A stretch of DNA of 63,961 bases, counting the filler, from Collodictyon triciliatum (Eukaryota), in assembly GCA_043381765.1 (NCBI GenBank). It is 3 parts of 3 records of this genome, joined end to end, with 100 filler letters (N's around TTAATTAATTAA, not from the genome) between each part and the next. Parts side by side here need not be neighbours in the genome. Positions count along the whole stretch, not along the records: positions 1 to 25,840 come from JBHJMP010001319.1; 2 more parts are not named here. The stretch is one strand, 5' to 3'. Shown one piece after another: positions 1 through 22,011 of this stretch. The translations under genes and the position numbers were made by a program. Each line of letters begins with the position of its first letter. Within the stretch, counting starts at the first letter, position 1. The notes below the pieces were generated by a model, which was given only the letters and a program-made list of their open reading frames with translations, had not been told where the DNA came from and did no database searches.

Positions 1-73
1 TTTTGCCTTTTTTTTCTAACATGCATACGATAAAGAAAATAAATACTAAAATTATTGGATTATATATACTCTG

Positions 74-74
<1 letters not shown>

Positions 75-171
<97 letters not shown>
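75..171. repeat. (GAAA)n microsatellite in a GDH intron
   Basis: Perfect tetranucleotide run; it explains the KKER ORF at 55-387. Confidence 0.97.
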
Positions 172-172
<1 letters not shown>

Positions 173-176
173 GAAC

Positions 177-3100
177 CTTCATCTGGGCCGAGAAACAGAA
201 TTTCTGGTGTGCCATAATAGTCTACGATATCCCCTGTGGGAAGAAGCTGGTTTGGGATGTAGAAGAGAGAGAAAGAAAAAAGGTAGTTTTATTGACAAAT
301 CCTAACAATGAACATATTAGTGATTTTTTTTATGTTCAATCATTCTCCTTTCTGCATTCCTTTCCACTTTCCACTTTTCTTCATTAATTCACGATTTAGC
401 AAGAAAGTAGCAGCAAACAGCTGGGTTAGTCGAATTTACCAAGTCAAGAATAGAGTCGATGTACTTGTGGAAAGCAGTAACACCCTTATCCTGGTGTTCC
501 AGGGATAAAATTCTTCGAAATGGAATGAGGAAGGGGAGGGGAACTACTTTAGATACAAATAAAAATTATACCAAAAGAATATGGACAAATTTTGTAAACC
601 GAGTATAATTCAAACATGGTTCCTTTCGAACCACCCTCAGGAATGTCCTTGTTCTTTTTCTGCTGGGTATGAGCGAGATTGTAATTTTCGTGGAAGACAT
701 TGCTGACATTCGAAGAGAATTGCTAATAGCATATTGCCTTAATTTTTATTTAAAAAATACACGTTGCAAAATTGTGGGGAAATTTTCATTTTTAGACTAT
801 TATATGTAAAAGCAAAAACTTGTGCAGTGGCGGATCTAATAATTCGGATCCCTCCGCGAGCAACATCATCGAATCGGACTAAAAAAAAAATGAAGGCGTT
901 GATGGTATATTATTTGGACACAAGTGGAAAAAAAATTGAGGAAAGTAATCACAAATTTGTTGACTTAGCTTATGTTACACATTTGAGTTACTAGGAAACT
1001 ATTGATGGTTTCTTATACCATGAAATCCGCGGAATTCAGATCCAACTATAAAAAAGACTGCAAAGGGCCTTGCTGGGAACTCTTGCAAACTTAGAAACGC
1101 TAAATATTGATTACGTATATTTTTTTTTTAAAAATTATGTAAGTAGTTCTGGATGTAAGAAAAAGGATTATATTCATCACGCTATAATGCATAAATTAAG
1201 GAAAAAGTCACCAGGATTAAGTCTGAAAGATAGGGCCGTTTTGGATTGTTTGAAAAAGTTGGTCTTCAAAATGTGCTTATTGAATAGCAGTATAGAGGAC
1301 AACACCTGAAAGCTGAATTCTGGAGATATTTTCATGTTTAGTTAAAAGTATTCACAGAACATTTCAAATTTTTTCGAGTCTCATAGAAGGTAATCTCAAA
1401 CTAAAGACTCACCATTGACAACAAGGCGCTTGTATTTCGCCAGAATTGATTGCGCTTTTTGGTCATCGAATTCCCTTTTGCTGTCCTGATGGCGCTCAAA
1501 AAATTCGACATACCTGTTTCAATAATACATGATGTTCTGTATTTGCTTTCCTTTTACATTGAAATTAAATACGGAAATAATTGGTATGGAGCGCTCTGAT
1601 TATAAGAAAATATATTTGAATTTTGGAAAGTACATGTCATGGATGGCCTCCGGATATGAGAGGAGCACTTCTTTTACACGGTCTGTTGTATTTGAGAGGA
1701 AAATGTTTATATGACGTGTATTGATTTAGATTTTGTTAGCCACTCACCTTCACTGAATGCATCGTCTCGCAGACGGACACGAAGCTTTGATAAAAGCCCT
1801 GTGGCTTGATTATCCCTCTTAAGAACTGATAGCACCTCGGAATACTCGGCATCGAAACTAAATACATTAAGTTATAATTTATATATGGAGAGACGGTGTA
1901 TGTAGTTGATATAATTTTATTTTCTTTTATAAACGAAAAGTTTTTATATCCCGACACCATACTAAAAGAGCAAATAAATAATATGCACTACCTATTCAAA
2001 AACTGATGAACGAATTTCCATGCGCAGTAAGCATAAGACACTTCAGAAGCACTGAGCTTTTCTCCCAGAAATAACTCTGTGAGAGATGTTCGAGGTAGAA
2101 TATAGACCATTCCTATCTAAGATGTATAAGTTTAACACTAACGGCATAATTCGTTTCGAGTAAACTAAAATTAAAAACTTAAAAATAGAGTATCTCTAGA
2201 CTAAATGAAAATTTTCCAAATTTTTTTTGTTTGTTTATAGATTCTGTATTGCACCTCTTTTTGCAGAGCCGAACTGCGCTCAGATAGCATTCTGAAATGT
2301 TTTATTTTATTTAATATAATGATATGTTAATGTCAATTGTACCCCATTTTACTGATATACTTTACAAAAGCTTGGAGATGATATACTGCCTTACATTTCG
2401 GGTCTGTCGATAATTTTTTTTTCAAAAACACACATTATTAAACACATACGATTTAACATCGATGCCTTCTGTTTGGAGGAGCTTGATGTAAATACTGTAG
2501 ATAACGTATCCGTTGGAAAACCTCTCAACATATTTTCGTGCCGAGTAGAACCCATAGTAGTGGATCCTTTTTGTCAGAGGCAGCTTTAGTTAGCAAAATA
2601 ATATTGGTAGCTCCTTCATATGAGGCTTTCATGTTTACATACAAGACTGAAATGCCGGAAAAGAAGCTGTGAGTTGTCCCATGTCGATATGCGACGACAA
2701 TTCGAGTTTCCTCATCTTCATAATTTATATTCACTCTAGAGACAGGTCCAAGTTGCTTGCTCTTTCAATTCAAAAGAAAAGCTTTAGTGAAACCGATTTA
2801 ATGTAAAATTTGATGGAATGTGCTCAATAAATCATATGTCATACTGCTTCTGCAAGAAGATCAGAGAAGAGAGACTTTGTTGCCTCTGTAGCTCTGTAAT
2901 AATAGCAAAAATAAGCAAATTGTTAAAAATGTTCACAAAGTACTAGCATTGAGCAAATCTTACCGTATATATAAATGAAATATGTATATTGCAAGTTTAC
3001 CTCGACAAAAACCCAATATCGGTGATTTTCTCCAAGTTCGTCTCGGTTGGGTCAAGAGAATGGTTTTCGGGATATTGGGGCACCTATGATTCTCATTTAT

Positions 3101-4335
3101 CAATTTGCATTCTGGAAGGTTTCTTAACTGCTCTATGATAATAATGGCTATCCCTTTTAAAAAAAAACATATTGGCTACATGATCTTAATAAATATTTTT
3201 ACTACCTGAATAAAATAGAAGCGGAGGTGCATGTTGGATGCTGGGGAGACCGGTCCTATTGTACGATATACTTGCATTCTGTACCCATTCTTGTTTGGTG
3301 CGAATGAAACATCTCGCTTAGCAGTGCTTTTTTTTAATGCCAAAAAAGATAGAGCATTATGGTAGTTAATTTTATGAAAAATAATGAAAAAGGACCTTTA
3401 CAAAATTTTACATTATCAATCATAAAGTGAAGATAATGAATACATGCATGTAATTATACACACAAAAAAAAATATGGCAGATAGATAGGGGGGAGTAATG
3501 CCATGTGATTGTATTAATCATACTATCCTTCACCGAGATAATTAAGCTCGATTCGGTACTCGACAGCCTGGGAAGGGGCATTGAGCAGACCAGGGAAACT
3601 GGGAACCACGTAGAGAGCATCGTCTGCGTGTTCTGTTTGGATGCGTAGATTGAACTGGTCTCCGGCAGTGTGCGCAAGCACCTTTGCAGAGTATATCGAC
3701 AGGATGTGGGAGGCGATGTCTTGGTCGGATACTGTCTTGAAGTAGTAATCGTCCAGCCCGAGAGAGCTACAGCGATTTTGTGCGATAAGTTCAAGTTCCT
3801 CTTGTTTGATTTACGAATTATCATACTTTATTGTTATTGTGAGTATTAGAAGTATTATCAGTGGTAGTTCAGACGCATAGCAACAAGCATATACTTAAAG
3901 AACCAGTCAGTTTCGCCTTTGATGCGGGACGGGTGGATTTGGCCGCGCTCTTCAAGTAGGCGTCGAACAGAGCCCATACGGGCGGTGTACTGGACGGTTT
4001 CTTCTGCCTGCGGGGATTAGTTGAAAGTTGATGGTTCGGTTTGTTTAACTTCAGAGGGAGAAGAATAAAAAAAAAAAAAAAAGAACGAGAAAGAAGGAAA
4101 AGAGAGAGGTATAGTCGTAATTAAACAATATACTACAAGCACATACTTTAACACACTTTTTTGAGAAAATGTGCTTAGCTAGACACATTATTCGAACATC
4201 ATTTACCTTAGACTCGAAAGCAACAAGATCGTGTCTGCGGACAAAGTGTGGATTGTGTCTCAGAGGAGGGGATCCTATCTCGGGGACGTCGCTCGCACGC
4301 TGCGTGGTGATCACGATGGGGGTCGACTCGCTCAT
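177..4335 (-). CDS. GDH2: NAD-specific glutamate dehydrogenase (large GDH2 type), multi-exon, 3' part runs off the left window edge
   Basis: Manually spliced GT-AG exons give WFFNSLGLDDYYF, FNKHILKTNFFKQSKTALSFRLNP, VGSEFRGFHVRFDDVARGGIRIIRS, ENYNLAHTQQKKNKDIPEGGSKG, AFHKYIDSILDL and EILFLGPDE, all typical of GDH2. Start codon at 4335 is tentative. Confidence 0.93.
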
Positions 4336-4789
4336 TGCAATATTGGCTTTTGGGAGGGAATGTCGTCACATAGAAATTCTTAAGGATAATCATGAGGCAG
4401 TACTTGTGTCTTTTGATTTTGTGTTTGTGTCGTGCTTGGCTTTGTTTTATTCTGTTTGGCTATGTCTTTTGTTTTTGTTCAGATATTTAGTGTCTTTTGG
4501 TTTGTGCTTGTGTCTTGTGTAAAGGATCGAAGTTGACATGGATCGCTTCTGTGACGAATCGGCGTGAGTTTGGTCTCTCCACATCTGGAAACGGCCACAA
4601 GTCTGGGATGTAGTCATTTCCCAAAATCCGCTGAAAGATTTTCTCTGAACAGTATTTCATTTTCGCCTTTTTAGGTATGTCTTTTTTGATTGTCTTTTTT
4701 TTTTTCTTTCACTATTTTCGAGTCAGTTCTGTTTATGTTAGTATGTATTCTTGAACTATCCTCTTGTCGCTCCTGTTGCCCAGACTCTG

Positions 4790-6819
4790 TCATTGTTCCT
4801 GACAGCCATGCGGGACATTTTCCAGCTCTTCTCTTTGTATTGACTGAATTCCAGAAAGATAGATTGTCTTCAAATGCACACAGCCATGGAATATTTCTTG
4901 GACTCCAGCGTTGGTTATCTTAACAAGCAAGGAGGGACATGGTCAAAATCATAATGAATATTGGATGTACTTTCTTATCAAACCCGATTAAGAAGAGAAA
5001 GCTCTATAATTTTACTGAGTATTATGTTTCAATTGTAACATTAAAAGCTCAAGTTCGTAGTACAATGAGTAGCATTACTTGGAGACAATTGCACAAATCT
5101 AGCGTCAACAACTTTTTGCAGTGCTCAGCTAGTTTTACCATGGATGCATTCGAAATATTTCGTAAACCCCTCAAATGAAGAGTTTGGAGAGTCTTACAAT
5201 TACGTGCCAGCTACGTACCAAGTTAGTGCCGTCAGCCAAAAGTTGGGGTTATGTATTAAAAGATCATATACAAGCACAATGATATGCAAAATAGAGATGA
5301 GATAGGCCATATTATTGGTTAAATCTTTTCATTCTTTGTGTCACCATTTCTCTAAGTATTCTGTAATTAAATTTTACATCAATAAGTCCGGTATCCGTTA
5401 TATCCTTGCAACCACTCAAATGAAGTGTGTGTAGTCTATTGGAATTAACCCCAAGGTCTCTTATCTACCACGATGATTAATATCCACAAGGAAAAAGGGA
5501 AAGTAATGAAAATAACCAGGAAAAAAACTAATAAAGACCCCAGTGAATTACGGTCATGGGAAATATTACCATTGCATCATTGATTGGTTTACAGCCCCGC
5601 AAATCCAAGTGTGTGAAGGACCCGCGTTGAACCACTAGACGCAAACTTTCCTCCGTAAGCTTCTGACATGCCCCTATGTCAAGGTTTGTAATCTCCTTGC
5701 AGCTGATGAATGATGATGAATGATGATGAATGTAGTTGAATTAATATTTGTTGAGAAATATATTTAGGTAATTTAGGTTTAGAATTTGCTAAGAATATTA
5801 GAGGATGTATCTCTACCTGTACAAAAGTCTAAGGAGAGATACATCCGTGATGTTACACCAGCCTAGTCCGATGGTTCGGAGGTTACGACAGTTATCTGCA
5901 AGAATTAAGACTGATAGGTCCGTAACTTTGTTGCATTTTTTCAATCCTATAGCCTAAATATATCACGACGGTGACAAAATTGTGATATTAGATTCAATTA
6001 TATCGTAGTGGATATCTTAATTATACAGCAAAAATCAAAGTACAATGCACGATTGAATTTCGAGCTCAGCTGAAGTGAAAAATAATAATAGTGTTCTAAA
6101 AAGAAAGAAAGAAAGAAAGAAAGAATAACAGTCAGACTTGAAGCCTTAAACAACTTTGAGCAACCAAGGAAATGGAATGGTCTGTTATTGCTGAACAACG
6201 TTTCAAATCCAAGGTCTATCCGTTACATAAATATAGAGTGAATGTGTTAATAGTCCGGTATGTTTTGAAATCAGAGTTACACAGGAATCCAAGTATTTTT
6301 TTATTGAATAATGGAGTTATAGAATGGAAGACGGAAAAAGAAAGACAACTTAATGATAAAAAAAGGAAAGGAAAGGAAAGGAGAATGGATATGAAAAGAG
6401 GCTGCAGTCCGATATTCAGATTGATTTGCACAAACTATATTTGTGTCTGTAATTTTTATATCATTTACAATTAGGTTAGTGCAGCGGGTAAGTAGAGAAA
6501 CGGACGCATCTGTTACAAATTTGCAGTCGCACAATTCCAAATTCATCAGGTTTGGACAGTTCAAGGCAATCTGTGATAGGACAAAGGTGTTCTTGGTATA
6601 CCATTACAGTAAATATTTATAATTTCAGTATAGATAGAAAAGAGAAATATCATATTATCGTGAAAAATACGTTATACACCGCGCTATCTCCTATATGTGT
6701 ACATCCTCTCAATAGAATTGTATGTAATTCTTTGCAATGCTTAGCTAGTTGTGCAACTGATTCATCGGAGATTTTGTCGCATTCCATGAAATTTACCTTT
6801 GATGGATTATCAAAAAAAA

Positions 6820-6851
<32 letters not shown>

Positions 6852-8189
6852 AAAAAAAAAAAAAANTGGATTATCAAAAAAAAAAAAAAAGAAACGAAAG
6901 AAGGTAAAGAAAAAGAAAAAAAGGAAGAAAAGGAAGAAAAAGAAAAAAAAGAAAAAAGAAAAAAGAAAAAAGAAAAGGAAGAAAAGGAAGAAAAGGAAGA
7001 AAAGGAAGAAATGGAAGAAATGGGAGAAATGGAAGAAATGGAAGAAATGGGAGAAATGGAAGAAATGGAAGAAATGGGAGAAATGGGAGAAATGGAAGAA
7101 ACGGGAGAAAAGGAATAAAAAGGAAGGAAAAGAAAGGGGAAATCAATGTAGGACCAAATTCTATCATTAGTAAATAACCATTGCAAAATTATGGTGATTT
7201 CTGGGAACCCATTAATGGAGAAAAAAGTGGGATTTATGTAGCGATTTTTATACCTTTTGTAGATTGGGGCAATTGAGCCCAAGCTCATAAATGGCCAACC
7301 CTTGGACTAGAGAGCACTTACTGATGTTTATTGTCTGCAACAATTTGCACCCGCGAGCAAACTCTTGAATAACCTCTGTTGTGACGGAGGTGCATCCGCT
7401 CAGGTTTAGCTTCATAATTTGGGAGCACAATCGTGCAACGGTGATAAGGCTATCGTTGTTAAGCTTTTCGCAGTGGCACATACGCAAGACTTGAAGGTTG
7501 GTGAAAGCGGACAAAGAGCGCACATTCAACACACTACACCAGCCGATGTTGATCCTCTCGATAGGGGCCGAGGCAGCAGCAAGTGCATTCAGAGTGTTGT
7601 CGGTAATCCTTTTGCAGCCGTAGAGATTGAGAGTGCGCAGCGTCCTGATTTTTGCAATCTCCGCCCCAGAACCATCGGTTATTTCCTTGCAGCGGGTCAG
7701 ATGCAGAGACTCAAGGCTGGGACAGAGTTCGGCGATGTTGCTCAGGCCAGAGTCTGTGATACGGCACGAGTAGAGATCGAGGGAGCGCATCTGCAGTCCG
7801 CGCGAAAGGATCGGCCGAAGAGCGTCGTCCGTCATGCGGCGGTGGAACGGTGAAAGGTCCAGCGAGCGCCAGAAGCAGGGATGCAGGGCGATCACGCGCC
7901 AGCGGCGACAAACAAGCATGACCGACTGCAGCAGTTCGCGCCACTCGAGGAAGCGGAAGGTCAGCGCAGTCAGCTCGTCGGGCAGATCGGCGAGGCACAG
8001 CTCTTGTGCCGTGTCCATCGCCTCGCGCGAGCCCTCTGCGTCTTTTGACTCGCCGCCCGGTGTTGCGCTCACATCCCTTCGGGCCTCGCTCTTTGCGTGG
8101 TGGGGTCCGAAGTCTGCGCGGAAGGCCAACAGGGTTGTTTGAAAGTCCTCCTTCTCTGACCCGCTGTCCGAAGAGCTTGCGTCGTCCAT
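4790..8189 (-). CDS. F-box and cysteine-containing LRR protein (FBXL2/20-like), 9 exons
   Basis: F-box LADLPDELTALTFRFLEWRELLQSVMLVCRRWR, followed by many LxxLxLxxCxxITD repeats across GT-AG exons. Last exon reads ITNAGVQEIFHGC...QEQ*. Confidence 0.9.
6811..7115. repeat. Intronic poly-A and 9-bp (GAAAAGGAA/GAAATGGAA/GAAATGGGA)n low-complexity tract
   Basis: Lies in F-box intron 1, between the donor at ~7253 and the acceptor at ~6797. Confidence 0.9.
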
Positions 8190-8712
8190 CCCCGCCTTCT
8201 TTTCCTAGGAACAAAGAAGGGGAGAAACAAATAGATAAGTAAATTAGGATCCCAAGCCCCTTCGCATTGAGTACAAAATGAAAAGATGGACTCCAGCGAA
8301 AGGAATCTGCCATTGCCTGGCCGTGTGATCGAGTGCAGACCGCTATTCCATGACCATAGGTGGGGAATGGCGCATGGGAAGACACACCTCCATTCCGATT
8401 TACATGCAACCTAAATTGTCTCTATATTTATAAATTGAATTGTCAAATAGATTATTTTGCAGGAAAAAATCAATTAGTTTATATATTCCATATATAGAAA
8501 TACAACTTTGTATCAAGCTGTGCTCAGAGACTACAAAAAGCGCCGTCCAGCTATTTTATGTCTGCCCAGCAAAGGCCGACGCAAGAAGGCAAGTGGTTCG
8601 AAGGGAGAAGAGAGAGAGAGAGAGAGAGAGAGTGTGTGTGTGTGTGTTATTGACTAGGAAAGTCGGTTCTAACACGGGTTGCTTCGATTCGAGAATCGTG
8701 ATTTGTTGGCCG

Positions 8713-12054
<3,342 letters not shown>

Positions 12055-12384
12055 GAGAAATGCCGTGAGCTAAAATCTCACTCATCTATGCAGAGTTGGC
12101 ACGCTCTGTCAGATACACAACATAAACCGGGGTTCTCCACAAGCAAAACCTTGCCATCGTGCAGCATTTGGATGCACCTTTGGTCGCCGTAGAGACATGG
12201 GGGAGATGGTTCATTTGTGTAGAGGGCCTTCCAGCTCGCATAGGGTGTGTAATGGAGGTGTTCTGTACGACGCAAGAGGATTCGTTTAGGGATTGTGATG
12301 CAGACTGGGTTCTCTGCCAGAGTCAAAAAGGGGGGAGACAGCCCCACACAAGTGTTTTTGGACCATGGCGAGACTGTCCGTCGT

Positions 12385-14560
<2,176 letters not shown>

Positions 14561-14805
14561 CGTTCGTGGAGATTAGGACTTTGTATCTGAATCAAGGAAC
14601 AGATGGGGAATGAGGATAAACTGCTTTAGTATTATCTTGGAGTCAAAAGGAGAAATAAAATGGAAGAGGGACGATCTACACGAATATCTGGCAAGTTGGA
14701 AAAGAGACATGGAAATGCTAGTCACGGGATGGTTCATTTGCCCAGCTCGTACAAAACAAAATCGAGCAAAAAGACAAGACAAAAAAAGGCAGAAAAGTAG
14801 ATAAA

Positions 14806-15050
14806 TAAACAAACAAACAAACAAACAAACAAAATAAACAAAATAAACAAAATAAACAAACAAACAAACAAACAAACAAACAAACAAACAAACAAACAAA
14901 ACAAAACAAAAGAAAAAAGAAAAATAAACAAAACAAACAAATAAACAAACAAACAAACAAACAAACAAACAAACAAACAAACAAACAAACAAACAAACAA
15001 ACAAACAAACAAACAAACAAACAAACAAACAAACAACAAACAAAACAACA
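14806..15050. repeat. (AAAC)n microsatellite between divergent CDK5 and CELF
   Basis: Long tetranucleotide run; source of the FVCL ORFs. Confidence 0.95.
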
Positions 15051-15646
15051 AAATTGAATGGATCATGATCAGTGAGGCTTTTTTGGTTTGGTGAGTGTGG
15101 GAGTGGATGACGACCAGAGGACGGAGGTGGCCCGCAAATCCCGATCGATTCCAGAAAAGACCAGGCGAATTCAGGCACTGTTTTGTTTTTGTGTTTGACG
15201 AGATTGCAAGCCCTCCTCCTGCTCCGCCCAAGGACAGATGCTATCGCCTGGGTGCCTGATCCTCAACAAACACCACAGCACTATCCACACACACGCACAC
15301 ACGAACACACGGACAAATCTGGAAAATATTCAATGGACTATTCAAATTACAACAGCCCGCAAAAGGACATATTTTCCAGAAAAGGATCAAAGGCAGAGGC
15401 CACTCCGGCATCAAATCAAGCTGCTTTCTTTCGATCAAAGCCCACATCACGCTCGGAAAGGACAGACGGAGACCAGTTGCAACAAGAGTTGCCGAGAGAC
15501 TTCCCCTGCGACTGTACTGCACTGCACACAGTCGCCACTCCCACACGACTCCCCTTGATGGCTGATACATCCTTCCGCTCTGGTAACCTTTTCTCTCTTT
15601 TATCGACACCGCCTGAGCTCAGTCACAGAAGGAGACCCGAGTAAAC

Positions 15647-18446
<2,800 letters not shown>

Positions 18447-19060
18447 CGACGATGCTAGCGAAGGGTACAGAAAGGGATGCCACACTTTATCCGACAAAGA
18501 CATAACACGCCATAGCTGATTAACATGAACGCGCTTAATAGTGAGCTAGGAAGAAAAAATAAATAAATACGTCACACATTTTCGCATAGTTTTAAAAAGA
18601 AAAAGGAATTATGAAATCGGTGGATTGGTGCACACATGTGCCAAGCATGCAAGGCGCATTTGTGTCGCCTACATCCCCGTTAATGGGCCTAACTCTCCAT
18701 TAACAACCCCATTGAGTAGAGGCTTGCATAGCTCTGTTGATTGGGGCCGCTCACGATAAACCGCCTGGTCTGCCTTTATGATTTATGCCCACTCTTTCTG
18801 GCTCTTGAATTAAATGGAAGCATGAGGTTGCAGTATGAAAGACCCATGGCAGTGGCTTGCGTAGAGAAGAGGCCAGAGTACGTCAAGGTCGATGCCTTCA
18901 TAGAGCGGAGAACGAGGGGTTGGTCCGTTTTCGAATAAAAGAAAATGAGCGATTTGAAAGAAAAGAAACGAGGGTGCTGAGTTCTGACAAAATGAAGCGC
19001 GTTGCTGTTCACAAAAGGGTGTGCAGTTGGAAGGACAAGGACAGAGTTGTGTTGCAGGAA

Positions 19061-21834
19061 CTAGGCATCTCCAAGCTTTTTGTCGATGTAGTCGATGATT
19101 CGGACTGCCTTGGGCCTGGCGTCTGCATCCTGGTTCCACGATGCCTGAATAAGCTTACGGAGGATGGGGTGGACGGTGGCGGGGATGGGCAGGCGGTATC
19201 CCTGATGTTTGTAGAGGAAGCAATCGTGAGAAATATTTGGGATGACTTCGCTACAGCACGGGGTATTTCAACGAGACGAAAAGGGCGAAAATATACCTTC
19301 ACATTTTGTGAATGGGAGTGATATTCATCATGGTAACGAGATTTATTTGATTTTTTTCTACTGTCTGTGTCAGTTTGGAAGGTGGAGTAGGAGGTGAATG
19401 GACAATAAATGGAAGAAGAAAAAGAAGGGAACCCCCTACCTTGTATGCTACTTCTTGGATGACGGCAAACTCGTCCATACCATAGTACGGAATTTGGCAG
19501 GACGCGATTTCGTAAAGCAAGACAGCAAAGCTGTAAATGTCTACGGCTTCGTCGTACGGCTTTCCAAGCATAATCTCAGGGGCCATCCAAAACCTCGTTC
19601 CAGCGCGTGTCATCACTGCTTTAGACGCCGCAGCTTTGGTTCGAGCTAGTCCAAAATCGACAAGCTTCAGGCGACCACCTGGTCCATCAATTAGGACATT
19701 CCCACTTTTGATGTCGCGATGGATAACCTTTTTGGAATGCAAGAAAGCCAGTCCACGAGCAACATCGCGAGCCATGTGCAACGCCTAAACGGATAAACTT
19801 GCTGAGCATCGCGTAGTTGGGCTTGATTTAATTTTTATGCCAAGAAATAATGGGTTCCCAGCATTATAAACTCAAAAAAAGTGGCACATGTGTGTCAATT
19901 ATAATGTTCAATCATTCGAAATATATCAAGCTAGAGAGCGATTGAAAACAGCGATGTGTCTTCGATTGTATATCTTGTTCTTGATTTAATCAATTTTCGT
20001 TTCAATGTGGGGTTTATTAGAGAAAAAAACGAGGTAATATAACATTTATCCTTTCATAACTAGCTTCTTACACTGGAAAGGTCGGCCTTGTACTTTCTGT
20101 TATGTATCAAATCCCACAGGTTTCCGGATAGGAGTTCCGTAATGATTGCAAGGTTTGGTGGATGGAGTGAGGCACCGAGAAACTGGACTATGTTTGGATG
20201 TCTTAGGCTCCTATGCAAATATTTGAGAAAACATTCAATGATTTCAGAGTCAAAGATTGAACATACAACAGAAAATGAATCTCTATCATTTAGCATGTCA
20301 TTATTTTTCTTCTTTTTTTTCTTCTTTCTTTTAAAACCAAATTTTTACTTCAAAAGTTCTACTTCGAGCTTGAATACTCTTAATTCCTCTTCCGGAAGAC
20401 TCATTCCGAACTTGATTACTTTGACAGCGACGGGCAAGCCTTGCCACTTGCACTTGAATACACTACCAAATGACCCTTCTCCCAGCAACTGGCCAAAGTG
20501 AGGTTTCTGTACATGCCGGAAAACAAATTAATGGATGAGATTGAACGGGAAAGCATTGCAGTGAATAAAATTTAGGTACATCAGAAGTACTAAAATCGCA
20601 AAATATATATGTAGCTAGAAAGAGATATTATTTCAACAGCACGAATTGAACGTCAACATCCCTTCAAATGATATCGAGATTGATTGACTCACGAGCTCTG
20701 CAAAATCCACTTCAAGAAGCCCTTCATCCAAGTTCAGATTCCCGAACGCTTGGTCTAAGCTCTGTACAGGTGGGTCCGGCTGGGCGGGCGGAGCAATTAC
20801 TTTGTATTGAGGAGGATCTGATTTGTAGGCTGGGTTTGGTTCGTCTACCTGGTCGTCAAGGGTTTGATCTGGTTCCGATGAATGACATTAGCATCTCTTG
20901 ATTGCTTCCTTACCGATCAAGATTTTTAGTAAACAAGAAAACTTTTAAAAGTATGACATAGAGACTTCGCCTATGGAAGCAGAGTATGCGTGAGACCAAA
21001 TAATGCATGCACTTGAGAGGCAAGTATCAATTAATGGCCACCTGTTGCGGTTGTTGTAGTTGAAAGATCAGCCAGACGGGCAACTTGGGGGTTGTGTTGC
21101 TGAACCGGAGAATCTTTCTTTACATTCTGTAATTCTTTTACTGGAGCAGCTAGAGGTGACGAGTTTGTGGTTGTCTCCTTTAGGGGTACGGGTGTTGGGG
21201 AGACAGGCTCTTCCTTCTTCTGCTGAGTAGCTGAGGGTTGAACTGGCTGATACTGACCAGAGCTGGCTATACTTATACAATCCAGGTTCGTTTGATAACA
21301 ACTAACTCCAGAAAGGCCGCCTAGCATTTATCATGGCGGTGTTGAAAGTAAAAAGAAAAAAGAAAAAAGTGACTCGTACTTTGCTTTCGGAAGGATGGTG
21401 CGATGGCAGAGCTTTTTGTGGGAATCCCTTTTAGAACTTCGGCTTTTCCAAGCGCATAGTCGGCGTACTTTTTCAGAACCGCCTTTGCATTCGAGTTACG
21501 CTCCTCAGCTGGAGCAGATTGGAGCATTTAGGCGAGGCGGAGAACAGAGAAATATGATCGAAAAACAGTCGACTAGAGAGAAGAAATGAGGCGCGCTTGT
21601 CCCAAAGAAAGTGGGATATATCTCTGGTTGATCGCACCCGGATAGTATTGCTGGTGAGAAGAAGAGAGCGTGCGAACCTTTTGCTGCCTGCAAATAGTAA
21701 TCCCCACTTTGGATGTATGCTTCGACCGCAGAGGATGTTTGTCCGGCTGCCTCTTCCTCCTCGGCCTTTCTCTGGAAGATCTTTGCCTGTTGGATGAAAG
21801 TCCTTGCGGTGATTGAAAACGGAGCTGAATCCAT
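19061..21834 (-). CDS. Tyrosine-kinase-like (Raf/MLK-type) kinase with an N-terminal MIT-like helical domain
   Basis: N-terminus QAKIFQRKAEEEEAAGQTSSAVEAYIQSGDYYLQAAK...KYADYALGKAEVLK is MIT-like. Kinase motifs LGEGSFGSV, VAVK, HRDIKSGN, DFG, GTRFWMAPE; ends IDKKLGDA*. Confidence 0.88.
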
Positions 21835-21989
21835 GGCCCTATGTGTCTGGTATTTGGTATTTGTTCCAAGGCAGTCTCAAAAGAAGGAGCTCTATGAAGC
21901 AGCTGTGGCGAGTGTCGCGTTAGGTCTTTGGCGAAAGAAAATGCAATGGAAAAATACCGATTTAAAAAATAAAAAAAGCCCGACAGCAA

Positions 21990-22011
21990 CTTTGGATCGA
22001 ATGAAGGAAAA
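21990..22011 (+). mobile_element. Decayed micro-retroinsertion, family A
   Basis: ctttggatcgaatgaaggaaaa lies between imperfect ~33-42 bp direct repeats (ggaaaa(a)tacNgatNtaaaaa...gccc(g)acagcaac) at 21949-21990 and 22006-22038. Confidence 0.6.

Noticed and set aside
6802-6890. Duplicated tggattatc-polyA around a single N
   Set aside because: Most likely an assembly overlap artefact at a homopolymer.
6552-7288. Long K/E/F/L/N/I-rich ORFs here and at 55, 14573, 17429, 29542, 43302-44382 and 59009
   Set aside because: Translations of microsatellites in introns or intergenic DNA.
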